From assembly GCA_945888455.1 (NCBI GenBank), contig CAMCZV010000001.1:10582-42581 (forward strand): 32,000 nucleotides of DNA. Reading direction: 5' to 3'. Origin of the DNA: Candidatus Finniella inopinata. GTDB lineage: Bacteria > Pseudomonadota > Alphaproteobacteria > Holosporales > Holosporaceae. Below, in pieces: positions 8,860 through 16,839 of this stretch. The notes below the pieces were generated by a model. That model was not told the DNA's origin. It ran no database searches and worked only from the letters and a program-made list of their open reading frames with translations. The position numbers and the translations under genes were made by a program. The stretch's first letter is position 1. Every line of letters begins with the position of its first letter.

Positions 8860-10236
8860 TTATACAGATCTGTTCTCCAAAAAATTACGCAACAGACCCA
8901 CATCTTCTGCCACGGCAGGATCTTTTTCCAACAAATCCTCGATTGTGGAAATGGCATGCATTACGGTGGTGTGGTCACGCCCTCCAAAATGTCGACCAAT
9001 GGCAGGCAGTGAAATGGTGGTCATGGATTTAATCAAAAACATGGCAATTTGTCTGGGTCGGGTTACGGATCGAGACCGTTTGGCCGAATGTAAATCCGTT
9101 AATCGAATGTGGAAATATTCACACACCCGTTTTTCAATGTCTTGAATGTTGACACTCTTTAACGGTGGACGCAGCACATCCTTTAATACATTCTGCACCA
9201 AATCCAAAGACAGACTGCGCCCGACCAACGTACTGTGTGCCATGACACGGGTTAATGCGCCTTCCAGCTCTCGCACACTGGAGGAAATATTTTCGGCTAA
9301 AAACTCTAATATTTCTAGGGGAAAATCGATGGGCTGCAAGGCCGCTTTGCTCTGTAAAATACCCAAACGCAATTCATAATTGGTGGGATGCAAATCTGCG
9401 GCCAATCCCCATCCCAATCGCGATTTAATCCGTTCTGGTAATCCCTCAATATCTGATGGCGATTTATCAGCCGAAATCACCACCTGTCGTTGGGCATCTA
9501 CCAAAGCATTAAACGTATGGAAAAACTCTTCCTGAGTGGACTCCTTGCCGCTGATAAATTGCACATCATCAATCATCAACACATGCACAGATCGAAACCG
9601 TTCTTTAAACGCCATAATATTTTTGAATCGCAACGCCCGAATAAAATAATACATGAATTTTTCAGCCGACAAATACAACACCTTTTTTCGTCCCTGAGAA
9701 CGTTGCACAATGGTGTGGGCAATGGCGTGCATTAAATGGGTTTTTCCATGCCCCACAGGTCCATATAAAAACAATGGATTATACTTGGTTTCATCCGATT
9801 CAGCCACACAGCGTGCCGCAGAATAGGCAAATTCATTGGGCTTTCCCACCACAAATTGATCAAAAGTAAACCGTGGATCTAATGGAGCCGTAGGAATATC
9901 GTTTTCATCATCCATCGGGGTGGTATGGGGAAACTCTGGTGAACAATCCAGCTCTTTTTCTACATCTGTTACCAAAGGATTCAAAACCTGGAACAAAACC
10001 ACATCTTGGCACCCAGAAATTTCTCGGCACAATACTGTTTTGATGGTATCCAAATAATGGCATTCTATCCAATCTTTGACAAATCGAGATTGGGTAGATA
10101 TGACAAAAACACCATCATCAAAGGCTGTATTTTCCAGTTGGCGGAACCAATCATGGTATACGGTTTGTCCAAAATGTTCGGTTAAAACCGCTTTCCATGA
10201 TCGTTTTTCTGGTGTTGGCGCAAGAGCATTTCCCAC
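8860..10236 (-). CDS. dnaA: Chromosomal replication initiator protein DnaA
   Basis: It has the Walker A motif GPVGHGKTHLMHAI, an AAA+ core and the C-terminal DNA-binding signature IGRHFGGRDHTTVMHA. I place the start at GTG 10236, which is preceded by GGAGGA (10245-10250) with an 8-nt spacer. The ORF track's TTG at 10272 has no SD. Confidence 0.92.
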   Translation of the reverse strand: MGNALAPTPEKRSWKAVLTEHFGQTVYHDWFRQLENTAFDDGVFVISTQSRFVKDWIECHYLDTIKTVLCREISGCQDVVLFQVLNPLVTDVEKELDCSPEFPHTTPMDDENDIPTAPLDPRFTFDQFVVGKPNEFAYSAARCVAESDETKYNPLFLYGPVGHGKTHLMHAIAHTIVQRSQGRKKVLYLSAEKFMYYFIRALRFKNIMAFKERFRSVHVLMIDDVQFISGKESTQEEFFHTFNALVDAQRQVVISADKSPSDIEGLPERIKSRLGWGLAADLHPTNYELRLGILQSKAALQPIDFPLEILEFLAENISSSVRELEGALTRVMAHSTLVGRSLSLDLVQNVLKDVLRPPLKSVNIQDIEKRVCEYFHIRLTDLHSAKRSRSVTRPRQIAMFLIKSMTTISLPAIGRHFGGRDHTTVMHAISTIEDLLEKDPAVAEDVGLLRNFLENRSV

Positions 10237-10308
10237 AGCAAATATCCTCCATGGAGGTGCTCCCCCCAGCAAAAATGACGATGTTACCTGACCTGATCAG
10301 ACAAAGGT

Positions 10309-10563
10309 TTAAACCTTGGACGCCGATCCAGCCACAGATTTCATCAAAATACTGGTTTGACGCGCTGCAGAATTGCGATGAATCACCCCTTTGGATGCCG
10401 CTGTATCCAAGGCTTTTTGAGCGCTCTGAATATTTTCCGGCGTACATTCGCCCTTTTTAATCTTCTTTAAGAATGTTCTCAACGCACTGATGGCCGATTT
10501 ATTGGCAACTCTTTTTTTGCTGTCGCGACGAAGGCGTTTTTTGGCCGATGCATGGTTGGGCAT
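10309..10563 (-). CDS. rpsT: 30S ribosomal protein S20
   Basis: MPNHASAKKRLRRDSKKRVANKSAISALRT matches the S20 N-terminus (MANxxSAxKR). The ORF-track ATG at 10593 lies 3 nt downstream of the predicted -10 box, so ATG 10563 is taken as the start. Confidence 0.9.
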   Translation of the reverse strand: MPNHASAKKRLRRDSKKRVANKSAISALRTFLKKIKKGECTPENIQSAQKALDTAASKGVIHRNSAARQTSILMKSVAGSASKV

Positions 10564-10595
10564 AAGGTGTAAGTGATCTAAAAATCCATACATTC

Positions 10596-10624
10596 ATTCT
10601 AAATCAACCATGACGAGGAATCAA
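10596..10624 (-). promoter_or_regulatory. Sigma70-type promoter for rpsT (and probably dnaA-dnaN)
   Basis: The minus strand reads ggTTGATTcctcgtcatggttgattTAGAATgaatg. The -35 is TTGATT (10619-10624), the spacer is 17 nt and the -10 is TAGAAT (10596-10601). This lies ~33 nt upstream of the rpsT ATG. Confidence 0.45.
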
Positions 10625-10630
10625 CCCTGG

Positions 10631-10646
10631 AGGAAAAGCTTTTCCT
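10631..10646. repeat. 16-bp perfect palindrome AGGAAAAGCTTTTCCT immediately upstream of the rpsT -35 box
   Basis: Read directly from the sequence: aggaaaagcttttcct equals its own reverse complement. It lies 6 nt from the predicted -35 hexamer. Its function is unknown; it could be an operator or activator site. Confidence 0.6.
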
Positions 10647-11411
10647 GGAACACGCACTGGATTAAACATCTTAACAGCATGAAAGTGCCATGGGCACAAC
10701 ACTGCCCAAATACCAAACAGGAACAGCCCCCCTTGCAGTTTAAACTAAAATAGTTAAAGTTGATTTTATATTCAAAAAAAAATCAAAAACAAAAGAAAAA
10801 TCATGACAAAACAACGCACATGTCTCCACTATGCCCCGGCTCTGTCCATCACCATGCTATTCAGTACCGCAATATCGGTGGTTTTTGGGGTGAGTACGAA
10901 TTTGTAGGATAAGAAATATTATAAAGGAGATATATAATGGAGAATATGAAAAATTGTGGTTGGAAATTACAGAAATCACAGTCGAAGATGACCACAGAAT
11001 AAAAGTTGAATTAAATTGACGAAAAATTGGATTACTTAAGGTGAGCAAAAGTTGATATGGATCCAATAGATTTCAAAAAGGAATCGAACGCTATAAACAA
11101 AAGAATAGATAAAATAGATGGCAAAATAGATGAAAAATATATATATTCTTATTGATATTGAAGTTCAATAAGCTGCAAAACAATAAATAACCCATTATTG
11201 CCCTCAATTCGTCCAAAATATTTGCATGGATACAACAGGCAAATAAACAGCAGGGGGGGGCGCTGATTAGCCCCTAGACAGCACAGCTTCCCCCATCTGC
11301 GCACAAAAAGCATAGAATGGTTTCAACGATTAACTGGCCACGCCTTGCATCATGACTTGTATTCGTTTAGAGTGATTAAATCAAATCAATACACATTTTT
11401 TCTAATAAATC

Positions 11412-12383
11412 ATGAATAAAAATCACAGATACCGACTTTGTGCGATTATGATTGCTCTCTTTTTAGGCGTAAAAACAGAATCATATTCTAGAGGAAAAAA
11501 CGGCTTTAATGACCTTCGTTCTTGGAGAAAAGAGTATTCAAAAAAATTAGGATGGAAAAAAGATCAAGAAAAAGAGGAATTCTTGGAAGAATACTTGAAA
11601 GAACATTTTTCTGAAAAAACCGCACATGTGTTCGAAGTTAAAAACAAAGGAAAAACAGATATTCGTTTTGTTATGGAATTAAAAAGAGACGGTTGGCAGC
11701 ACATTATTTGCAATAATTTCAAGGATCTTATTCATATCGTTAATGGTCTTTATGCCGAAAAGAAACAAGGCCGCTCTAATGTTGAAGATTCACTCTATCC
11801 ATATGGCGGAAATCTATACGCAACGGAAAAAGGACCTGGGCAAGTAGGAAGAGGTTTAATCGGAAAGCGCTCTGATCGTCCAACGGGACAGAACAGAATG
11901 TCACGCTTTCAATACATCAAAAATGGCAAACAAGTTGGAATCACATACAGAATAGAACGCAACAAACTGATCATCTCTGATGATAAATGTCAAGAAATCG
12001 GACGTTTAGAATTGGAACCCGTGTCTTTCAATCGGTCTAACAATGCATCCACCCATAATGATAGGGAATATGAGGAAAAACTGGGTGAACTATCCAATGG
12101 TAAAACACGGGCACAAGTGAAGGACATTGTTGAAAAAATCAAAACAATCAAAAAGAAAAATAAAAGATGGACAAATAATTCAGAGACCATTAAACGCTTT
12201 ATAATAGACGCTCTTCTGGATTCAGAATGCTCAAATCAACCCAACATCAAACTGGACGAAAAAACAAAGAAAGAATTAGATGAAATTATCAAAAAAATCA
12301 AAACATATATGATAAAAAACGAAAAATGGGATAAGCATTTAGATCAAATTATAATATTGATAGGGGACGTCGTAATGGATTAA
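11412..12383 (+). CDS. Orphan K/E/N/I-rich protein with N-terminal signal peptide and internal repeat (hypothetical, possibly secreted)
   Basis: This is the only long ORF in the AT-rich island (323 aa). The N-terminus MNKNHRYRLCAIMIALFLGVKTESYS has a basic n-region followed by a hydrophobic core. KIKTIKKKNKRW and KIKTYMIKNEKW repeat 53 codons apart, and the DNA 14-mer aaaaaatcaaaaca occurs at 12133 and 12292. No SD precedes the ATG. A weak promoter candidate is TTGCAT (11345-11350), a 17-nt spacer and TAGAGT (11368-11373). I recognise no family. Confidence 0.55.
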   Translation: MNKNHRYRLCAIMIALFLGVKTESYSRGKNGFNDLRSWRKEYSKKLGWKKDQEKEEFLEEYLKEHFSEKTAHVFEVKNKGKTDIRFVMELKRDGWQHIICNNFKDLIHIVNGLYAEKKQGRSNVEDSLYPYGGNLYATEKGPGQVGRGLIGKRSDRPTGQNRMSRFQYIKNGKQVGITYRIERNKLIISDDKCQEIGRLELEPVSFNRSNNASTHNDREYEEKLGELSNGKTRAQVKDIVEKIKTIKKKNKRWTNNSETIKRFIIDALLDSECSNQPNIKLDEKTKKELDEIIKKIKTYMIKNEKWDKHLDQIIILIGDVVMD

Positions 12384-12444
12384 AGAAGGGTGAAGCAACG
12401 TTACATTGAACTGGAACGGCCCATACCCCTAATCACTACATGGA

Positions 12445-12469
12445 GGGAGGACACAACAATAGTCCTCCC
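12445..12469 (+). terminator. Hairpin downstream of the orphan ORF (possible terminator, no U-tract)
   Basis: GGGAGGAC (12445-12452) pairs with GTCCTCCC (12462-12469), a perfect 8-bp stem with a 9-nt loop. It lies 62 nt after the orphan stop and is followed by aacccatacc, which is not T-rich. Confidence 0.3.
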
Positions 12470-12556
12470 AACCCATACCTTAAAATAGAAAACCGCGACC
12501 AAAACAGTTCTTTTGCACCGCAGCTGAATCCCCCCATCATGAATTTACCAAGAACA

Positions 12557-12586
12557 GGAGGGAGGACACAAAAACAGCCTCCCTCC
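12557..12586 (-). terminator. Hairpin immediately downstream of rpoC (probable intrinsic terminator)
   Basis: GGAGGGAGG (12557-12565) pairs with CCTCCCTCC (12578-12586), a perfect GC-rich 9-bp stem with a 12-nt loop. It starts 10 nt after the rpoC stop. On the minus strand it is followed by uguucuugguaaauuc, which is moderately U-rich. Confidence 0.5.
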
Positions 12587-12595
12587 CCGCTCGCT

Positions 12596-15500
12596 TTAGG
12601 CTCGAGCTTTATTCAAATTGGCCAAATCCCGTTCACGGGCCTGACGCTTTAATTGACCCAAAATCACACCAGTACCTGCAGGAATCAATCGCCCTGCAAT
12701 GACGTTTTCCTTTAATCCAATCAGGTGATCTTCTTTACCCTGAATGGCGGCTTCGATCAATACCCGCGTGGTTTCTTGGAACGATGCCGCGGAAATAAAG
12801 GATTCCGTCTTCAACGAAGCCTTTGTAATCCCCTGTAACACACGCATAGATCGTGCCGGAACCCCACCATGACGTATCACTTCTTTATTTGCGGCCCACA
12901 CCTCTTCGACCGATACTTGGTCTCCTTCTAGGAACAAGGTTTCCCCTGGATCCACAATTTCAACTTTGCGCAACATCTGACGTAAAATCACCTCGATGTG
13001 CTTGTCATTGATGCGTACACCTTGCAAACGATACACCCCTTGGATTTCTTTGATCAAATAGTGCGCCATGGCTTCAACCCCCAAAACATTCAAGATGTCA
13101 TGAGGCACGGGGCTCCCATCCACCAAAACCGTTCCTTTACTGACATGTTCACCATCTTGAACCAGAATATGTCGACCTTTACTGATCAAATATTCCACAG
13201 GCTTAACCCCAACATCTTTTGGCATGATGACCAAACGGCGCCGAGTTTTGTAATCCTTTCCAAATTCAATCACACCATCGCACTCACTAATCATGGCCGG
13301 ATCTTTTGGACGACGCGCCTCGAACAGCTCTGCAATTCTGGGCAACCCCCCCGTAATGTCTCGAGATTTAAAGACTTCTTTGGCCAAACGCGCAATGATG
13401 TCACCTTTTTTGACAGCCTTTCCATCGGATACCAACACCACGGTATCCACCATTAGGTCATACCACGCATCGCCTCCGCTTTCCAATTTAACCGGTTGTC
13501 CTAGCGCATTACGCAATGTAATGGATGGTCGCAAATCCTCTCTGCGTGTACCCTGGCGCCAATCGGTCACGATTTGTTTGGTAATGCCTGTTAATTCATC
13601 CACCACTTCGCGTAAAGAAATGCCGTCTAACAGATCCAAATAATGCACCGTACCATCGCTTTCTGCAATAATTGGCACTGTGTATGGATCCCATTCGGCC
13701 AATTTTTGACCCGCCAAAACCGTATCTTTATCCGAAATCAACAACACCGCACCGTACGGCACCTTGTATACCGCCAGCTCTTGATCAAAGGCATCAATCA
13801 AGACCAATTCCATATTGCGCCCCATGACCAACTGTTGTCCTGCGCCATTCTTAATGGTGTACCCATTGCGGAAATGCACGTGGCCGTCTTTCATGGTTTC
13901 GATAAAGGAAATTTCCGCCCCACGTTGTGATGCACCACCAGAGTGGAACGTACGCAATGTCAACTGTGTACCCGGTTCCCCAATGGATTGGGCCGCAATC
14001 ACACCGACCGCTTCGCCCACTGCCACCAATTTTCCACGACCCAAATCTCGGCCATAGCACATGGCACATGCCCCATCGGATGCCTGACACATTAATACAG
14101 ACCGGACGACAACCTTGACCACACCCTCATTTTGGATGTATTCGGCATCATTTTCATGAATGAGCGTTCCAGCCTTGACCAAAACATCCGTTCCCTTGAC
14201 CACATCCTCGGCCAAAACACGACCCAAAATACGATCCCCTAAAGAGGCAATCACACCACCGCCCTCAATAATGGCCTGCATGACAACCCCTTCTTTGGTA
14301 CCGCAATCATGACTATAAATCACACAATCTTGGGCCACATCCACCAATCGACGGGTTAAATATCCAGCATTGGCTGTTTTCAACGCCGTATCAGACAAAC
14401 CTTTACGTGAACCATGGGTCGAGTTAAAGTACTCAAATGCTTTTAACCCTTCTTTAAAGTTCGATATAATCGGATGCTCGATGATGGTTCCATCGTGTCG
14501 GGCAATCAACCCCCTCATGGCGGCCAACTGTTTCATCTGAGCAGCCGAACCTCTGGCACCAGAGTGCGCCATCATATACACCGAGTTCAACGGCTTACCA
14601 GGAATATCTTTGGAAATTTCCACCATCATGGCTTCGGCCACGCGCTCTGTACATTTGGTCCAGGCGTCGGTGACTTTGTTATATCGCTCACCCGGTGTGA
14701 TTAAACCATCCAAATATTGCTGCTGGTATTCGTTGACGGAATCCAATGTTTCTTTGACAAATTCAGCCTTTTTCTGGGGCACAATCAAGTCGTCTTTTCC
14801 AAAAGAAATTCCCGCTGATGTGGCATGACGAAAACCAATTTGCACCAATTTATCCGCAAATTCCACGGTTTTTGTTGATCCACAATACCGGTGTACGGCA
14901 CTGACCAATTGAGTCACATCCTTGGATGTAAATGTCTTATTCACCGAATCAAAGGATATTTGCGGATGTCTGGGCACTGAATCCCATAAAATCATGCGTC
15001 CAGCCGATGTTTCGCATCGCACCATACGGGTATGACCATCGGCATCCACATCCGCATAACGTGTAATGATTTTGGCATGCAACGAAATGGTTTTTTCTTG
15101 CAAGGCATACAAAATTTCATTTAAATCGCTGAACATTCGGCCTTCCCCACATTCACCAGCTCTAGACAAGGTCAGATAATACAACCCCAAAACGATGTCT
15201 TTTGATGGCACAATAACGGGCTCGCCATTGGATGGGCTGAGAATATTATTCGTGGCCATCATCAAAACACGCGATTCGATTTGTGCTTCCAAAGACAAGG
15301 GCACATGCACAGCCATTTGGTCCCCGTCAAAGTCCGCGTTATAGGCTGCACATACCAGCGGGTGCAACTGAATGGCTTTTCCCTCGACCAACATGGGCTC
15401 AAAGGCCTGAATACTTAAACGGTGCAACGTTGGTGCACGATTTAACAAGACTGTACGCTCACGAATCACGTCTTCTAGAATATCCCAGACCTCTGGACGT

Positions 15501-16741
15501 TCACGTTCGACCATACGCTTGGCAGCCTTAACGGTTGTGGCAAAACCATACCGCTCTAATCGGGAATAGACAAAGGGTTTAAACAGCTCCAGCGCCATTT
15601 TTTTAGGCAACCCGCATTGATTTAACTTTAACTTTGGTCCCACCACGATCACAGAGCGACCAGAATAATCCACACGTTTTCCCAACAAATTCAAACGAAA
15701 ACGCCCCTGTTTACCCTTTAACATATCCGACAATGATTTCAGAGGTCTCTTGTTGCTGCCTGTAATGGGGCGCCCTCTGCGGCCATTGTCAAAAAACGCA
15801 TCCACAATTTCTTGTAACATTCGTTTTTCGTTACGCACAATCATTTCTGGCGCCTGCAATTCCATCAATCGGCGCAGACGATTGTTACGGTTGATCAAAC
15901 GCCGGTACAAATCATTCAAATCCGATGTGGCAAAACGTCCACCGTCCAGTGGAACGAGCGGGCGCAAATCTGGAGGCATCACGGGAACCACATCCAAAAT
16001 CATCCACTCTGGTCGCGTTTGAGACGCCAAAAAAGACTCCACCAATTTTAATCGCTTGATGACTTTTTTACGACGTAATTCTGAAGGATTCTCTGACAAA
16101 TCTTGGCGCAATTGTTGACGCAATTCGTCCAAATTTAAACCAGACAACAGCTCTTTCAATGCCTCTGCGCCAGAACTGACCCTAAAAGAATCACGCCCGT
16201 AATCTTGTCTGGCTCTGGTATATTCTTCTTCGCTTAACACTTGGCATTGTTGCAGGGGGCTCATGCCCGGATCCACGACGACATAGCCATCAAAATACAA
16301 AATACGATCCAGGGTTTTATTGCTGATGTCCAGCAAATTTCCAATACGACTGGGCAGGGATCGCGAAAACCAAATATGGGCCACAGGGGATGCCAACTCG
16401 ATATGCCCCATACGTTCACGTCGGACCTTGGCCAACGTTACCTCGACGCCACAGCGCTCACACACCACCCCACGATACTTCATACGTTTATATTTTCCGC
16501 ACAAACATTCATAATCCTTGATGGGACCAAAAATACGCGAACAAAACAGGCCATCTCTTTCTGGTTTAAATGTACGATAATTGATGGTTTCTGGTTTTTT
16601 TACCTCACCAAAGGACCATGCCCGAATTTGATCTGGGCTGGCCACCGAAATACGTACACTGTCAAAATTTTGAACCACTGAATCCGGTGATGGCAACAAT
16701 AATCGAGGATTAGGAACCTCTTTTTTATGATGATCTAACAC
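12596..16741 (-). CDS. rpoC: DNA-directed RNA polymerase subunit beta'
   Basis: 1381 aa with the catalytic motif [12 protein letters not shown], the zinc-finger region [23 protein letters not shown] and the N-terminus ...[17 protein letters not shown]. The start is GTG 16741, with GGGAGG (16747-16752) 5 nt upstream. Confidence 0.97.
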   Translation of the reverse strand: MLDHHKKEVPNPRLLLPSPDSVVQNFDSVRISVASPDQIRAWSFGEVKKPETINYRTFKPERDGLFCSRIFGPIKDYECLCGKYKRMKYRGVVCERCGVEVTLAKVRRERMGHIELASPVAHIWFSRSLPSRIGNLLDISNKTLDRILYFDGYVVVDPGMSPLQQCQVLSEEEYTRARQDYGRDSFRVSSGAEALKELLSGLNLDELRQQLRQDLSENPSELRRKKVIKRLKLVESFLASQTRPEWMILDVVPVMPPDLRPLVPLDGGRFATSDLNDLYRRLINRNNRLRRLMELQAPEMIVRNEKRMLQEIVDAFFDNGRRGRPITGSNKRPLKSLSDMLKGKQGRFRLNLLGKRVDYSGRSVIVVGPKLKLNQCGLPKKMALELFKPFVYSRLERYGFATTVKAAKRMVERERPEVWDILEDVIRERTVLLNRAPTLHRLSIQAFEPMLVEGKAIQLHPLVCAAYNADFDGDQMAVHVPLSLEAQIESRVLMMATNNILSPSNGEPVIVPSKDIVLGLYYLTLSRAGECGEGRMFSDLNEILYALQEKTISLHAKIITRYADVDADGHTRMVRCETSAGRMILWDSVPRHPQISFDSVNKTFTSKDVTQLVSAVHRYCGSTKTVEFADKLVQIGFRHATSAGISFGKDDLIVPQKKAEFVKETLDSVNEYQQQYLDGLITPGERYNKVTDAWTKCTERVAEAMMVEISKDIPGKPLNSVYMMAHSGARGSAAQMKQLAAMRGLIARHDGTIIEHPIISNFKEGLKAFEYFNSTHGSRKGLSDTALKTANAGYLTRRLVDVAQDCVIYSHDCGTKEGVVMQAIIEGGGVIASLGDRILGRVLAEDVVKGTDVLVKAGTLIHENDAEYIQNEGVVKVVVRSVLMCQASDGACAMCYGRDLGRGKLVAVGEAVGVIAAQSIGEPGTQLTLRTFHSGGASQRGAEISFIETMKDGHVHFRNGYTIKNGAGQQLVMGRNMELVLIDAFDQELAVYKVPYGAVLLISDKDTVLAGQKLAEWDPYTVPIIAESDGTVHYLDLLDGISLREVVDELTGITKQIVTDWRQGTRREDLRPSITLRNALGQPVKLESGGDAWYDLMVDTVVLVSDGKAVKKGDIIARLAKEVFKSRDITGGLPRIAELFEARRPKDPAMISECDGVIEFGKDYKTRRRLVIMPKDVGVKPVEYLISKGRHILVQDGEHVSKGTVLVDGSPVPHDILNVLGVEAMAHYLIKEIQGVYRLQGVRINDKHIEVILRQMLRKVEIVDPGETLFLEGDQVSVEEVWAANKEVIRHGGVPARSMRVLQGITKASLKTESFISAASFQETTRVLIEAAIQGKEDHLIGLKENVIAGRLIPAGTGVILGQLKRQARERDLANLNKARA

Positions 16742-16839
16742 AAAAACCTCCCTTTTTTCATAATCGTAATGACTTTTTTATAAAAGAGCGCACCCCCAGA
16801 CAAGAGAGTTTTCACCCCCCCACCCGCAACAAGCCCCAC

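Noticed and set aside
10610-10753. Plus-strand 47-aa Trp-rich ORF (MTRNQPWRKSFSWNTHWIKHLNSMKVPWAQHC...) starting next to the rpsT promoter.
   Set aside because: It has no SD and runs through the -35 box and the palindrome, which are better explained as rpsT regulatory DNA. There is no supporting signal.
10857-11066. Minus-strand 69-aa ORF in the AT-rich island.
   Set aside because: It has no SD. The hydrophobic, low-complexity translation is typical of AT-rich antisense. It overlaps the plus-strand small ORFs, one of which has a real SD. It is kept only as context for the relic hypothesis.
8754-11411. The chromosomal origin (oriC) might lie in the AT-rich dnaA-dnaN gap (8754-8859) or in the AT-rich region upstream of rpsT (10594-11411).
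   Set aside because: By eye I found no cluster of TTATCCACA/TGTGGATAA-like boxes in either region. There are only scattered 7-8/9 matches, mostly inside coding regions (for example 2282, 15669, 17809, 24784). The rpoBC and r-protein operons to the right are transcribed toward this locus, so an origin here would put them head-on to forks. Alphaproteobacterial origins are also usually not at dnaA. This needs a GC-skew check to be final.
12440-12652. Plus-strand 70-aa ORF spanning both GC-rich hairpins and the antisense of the rpoC 3' end.
   Set aside because: Its start sits inside hairpin 1. The sequence is P/N/Q-rich and it overlaps the end of rpoC. Reading through the two stem-loops explains it better.
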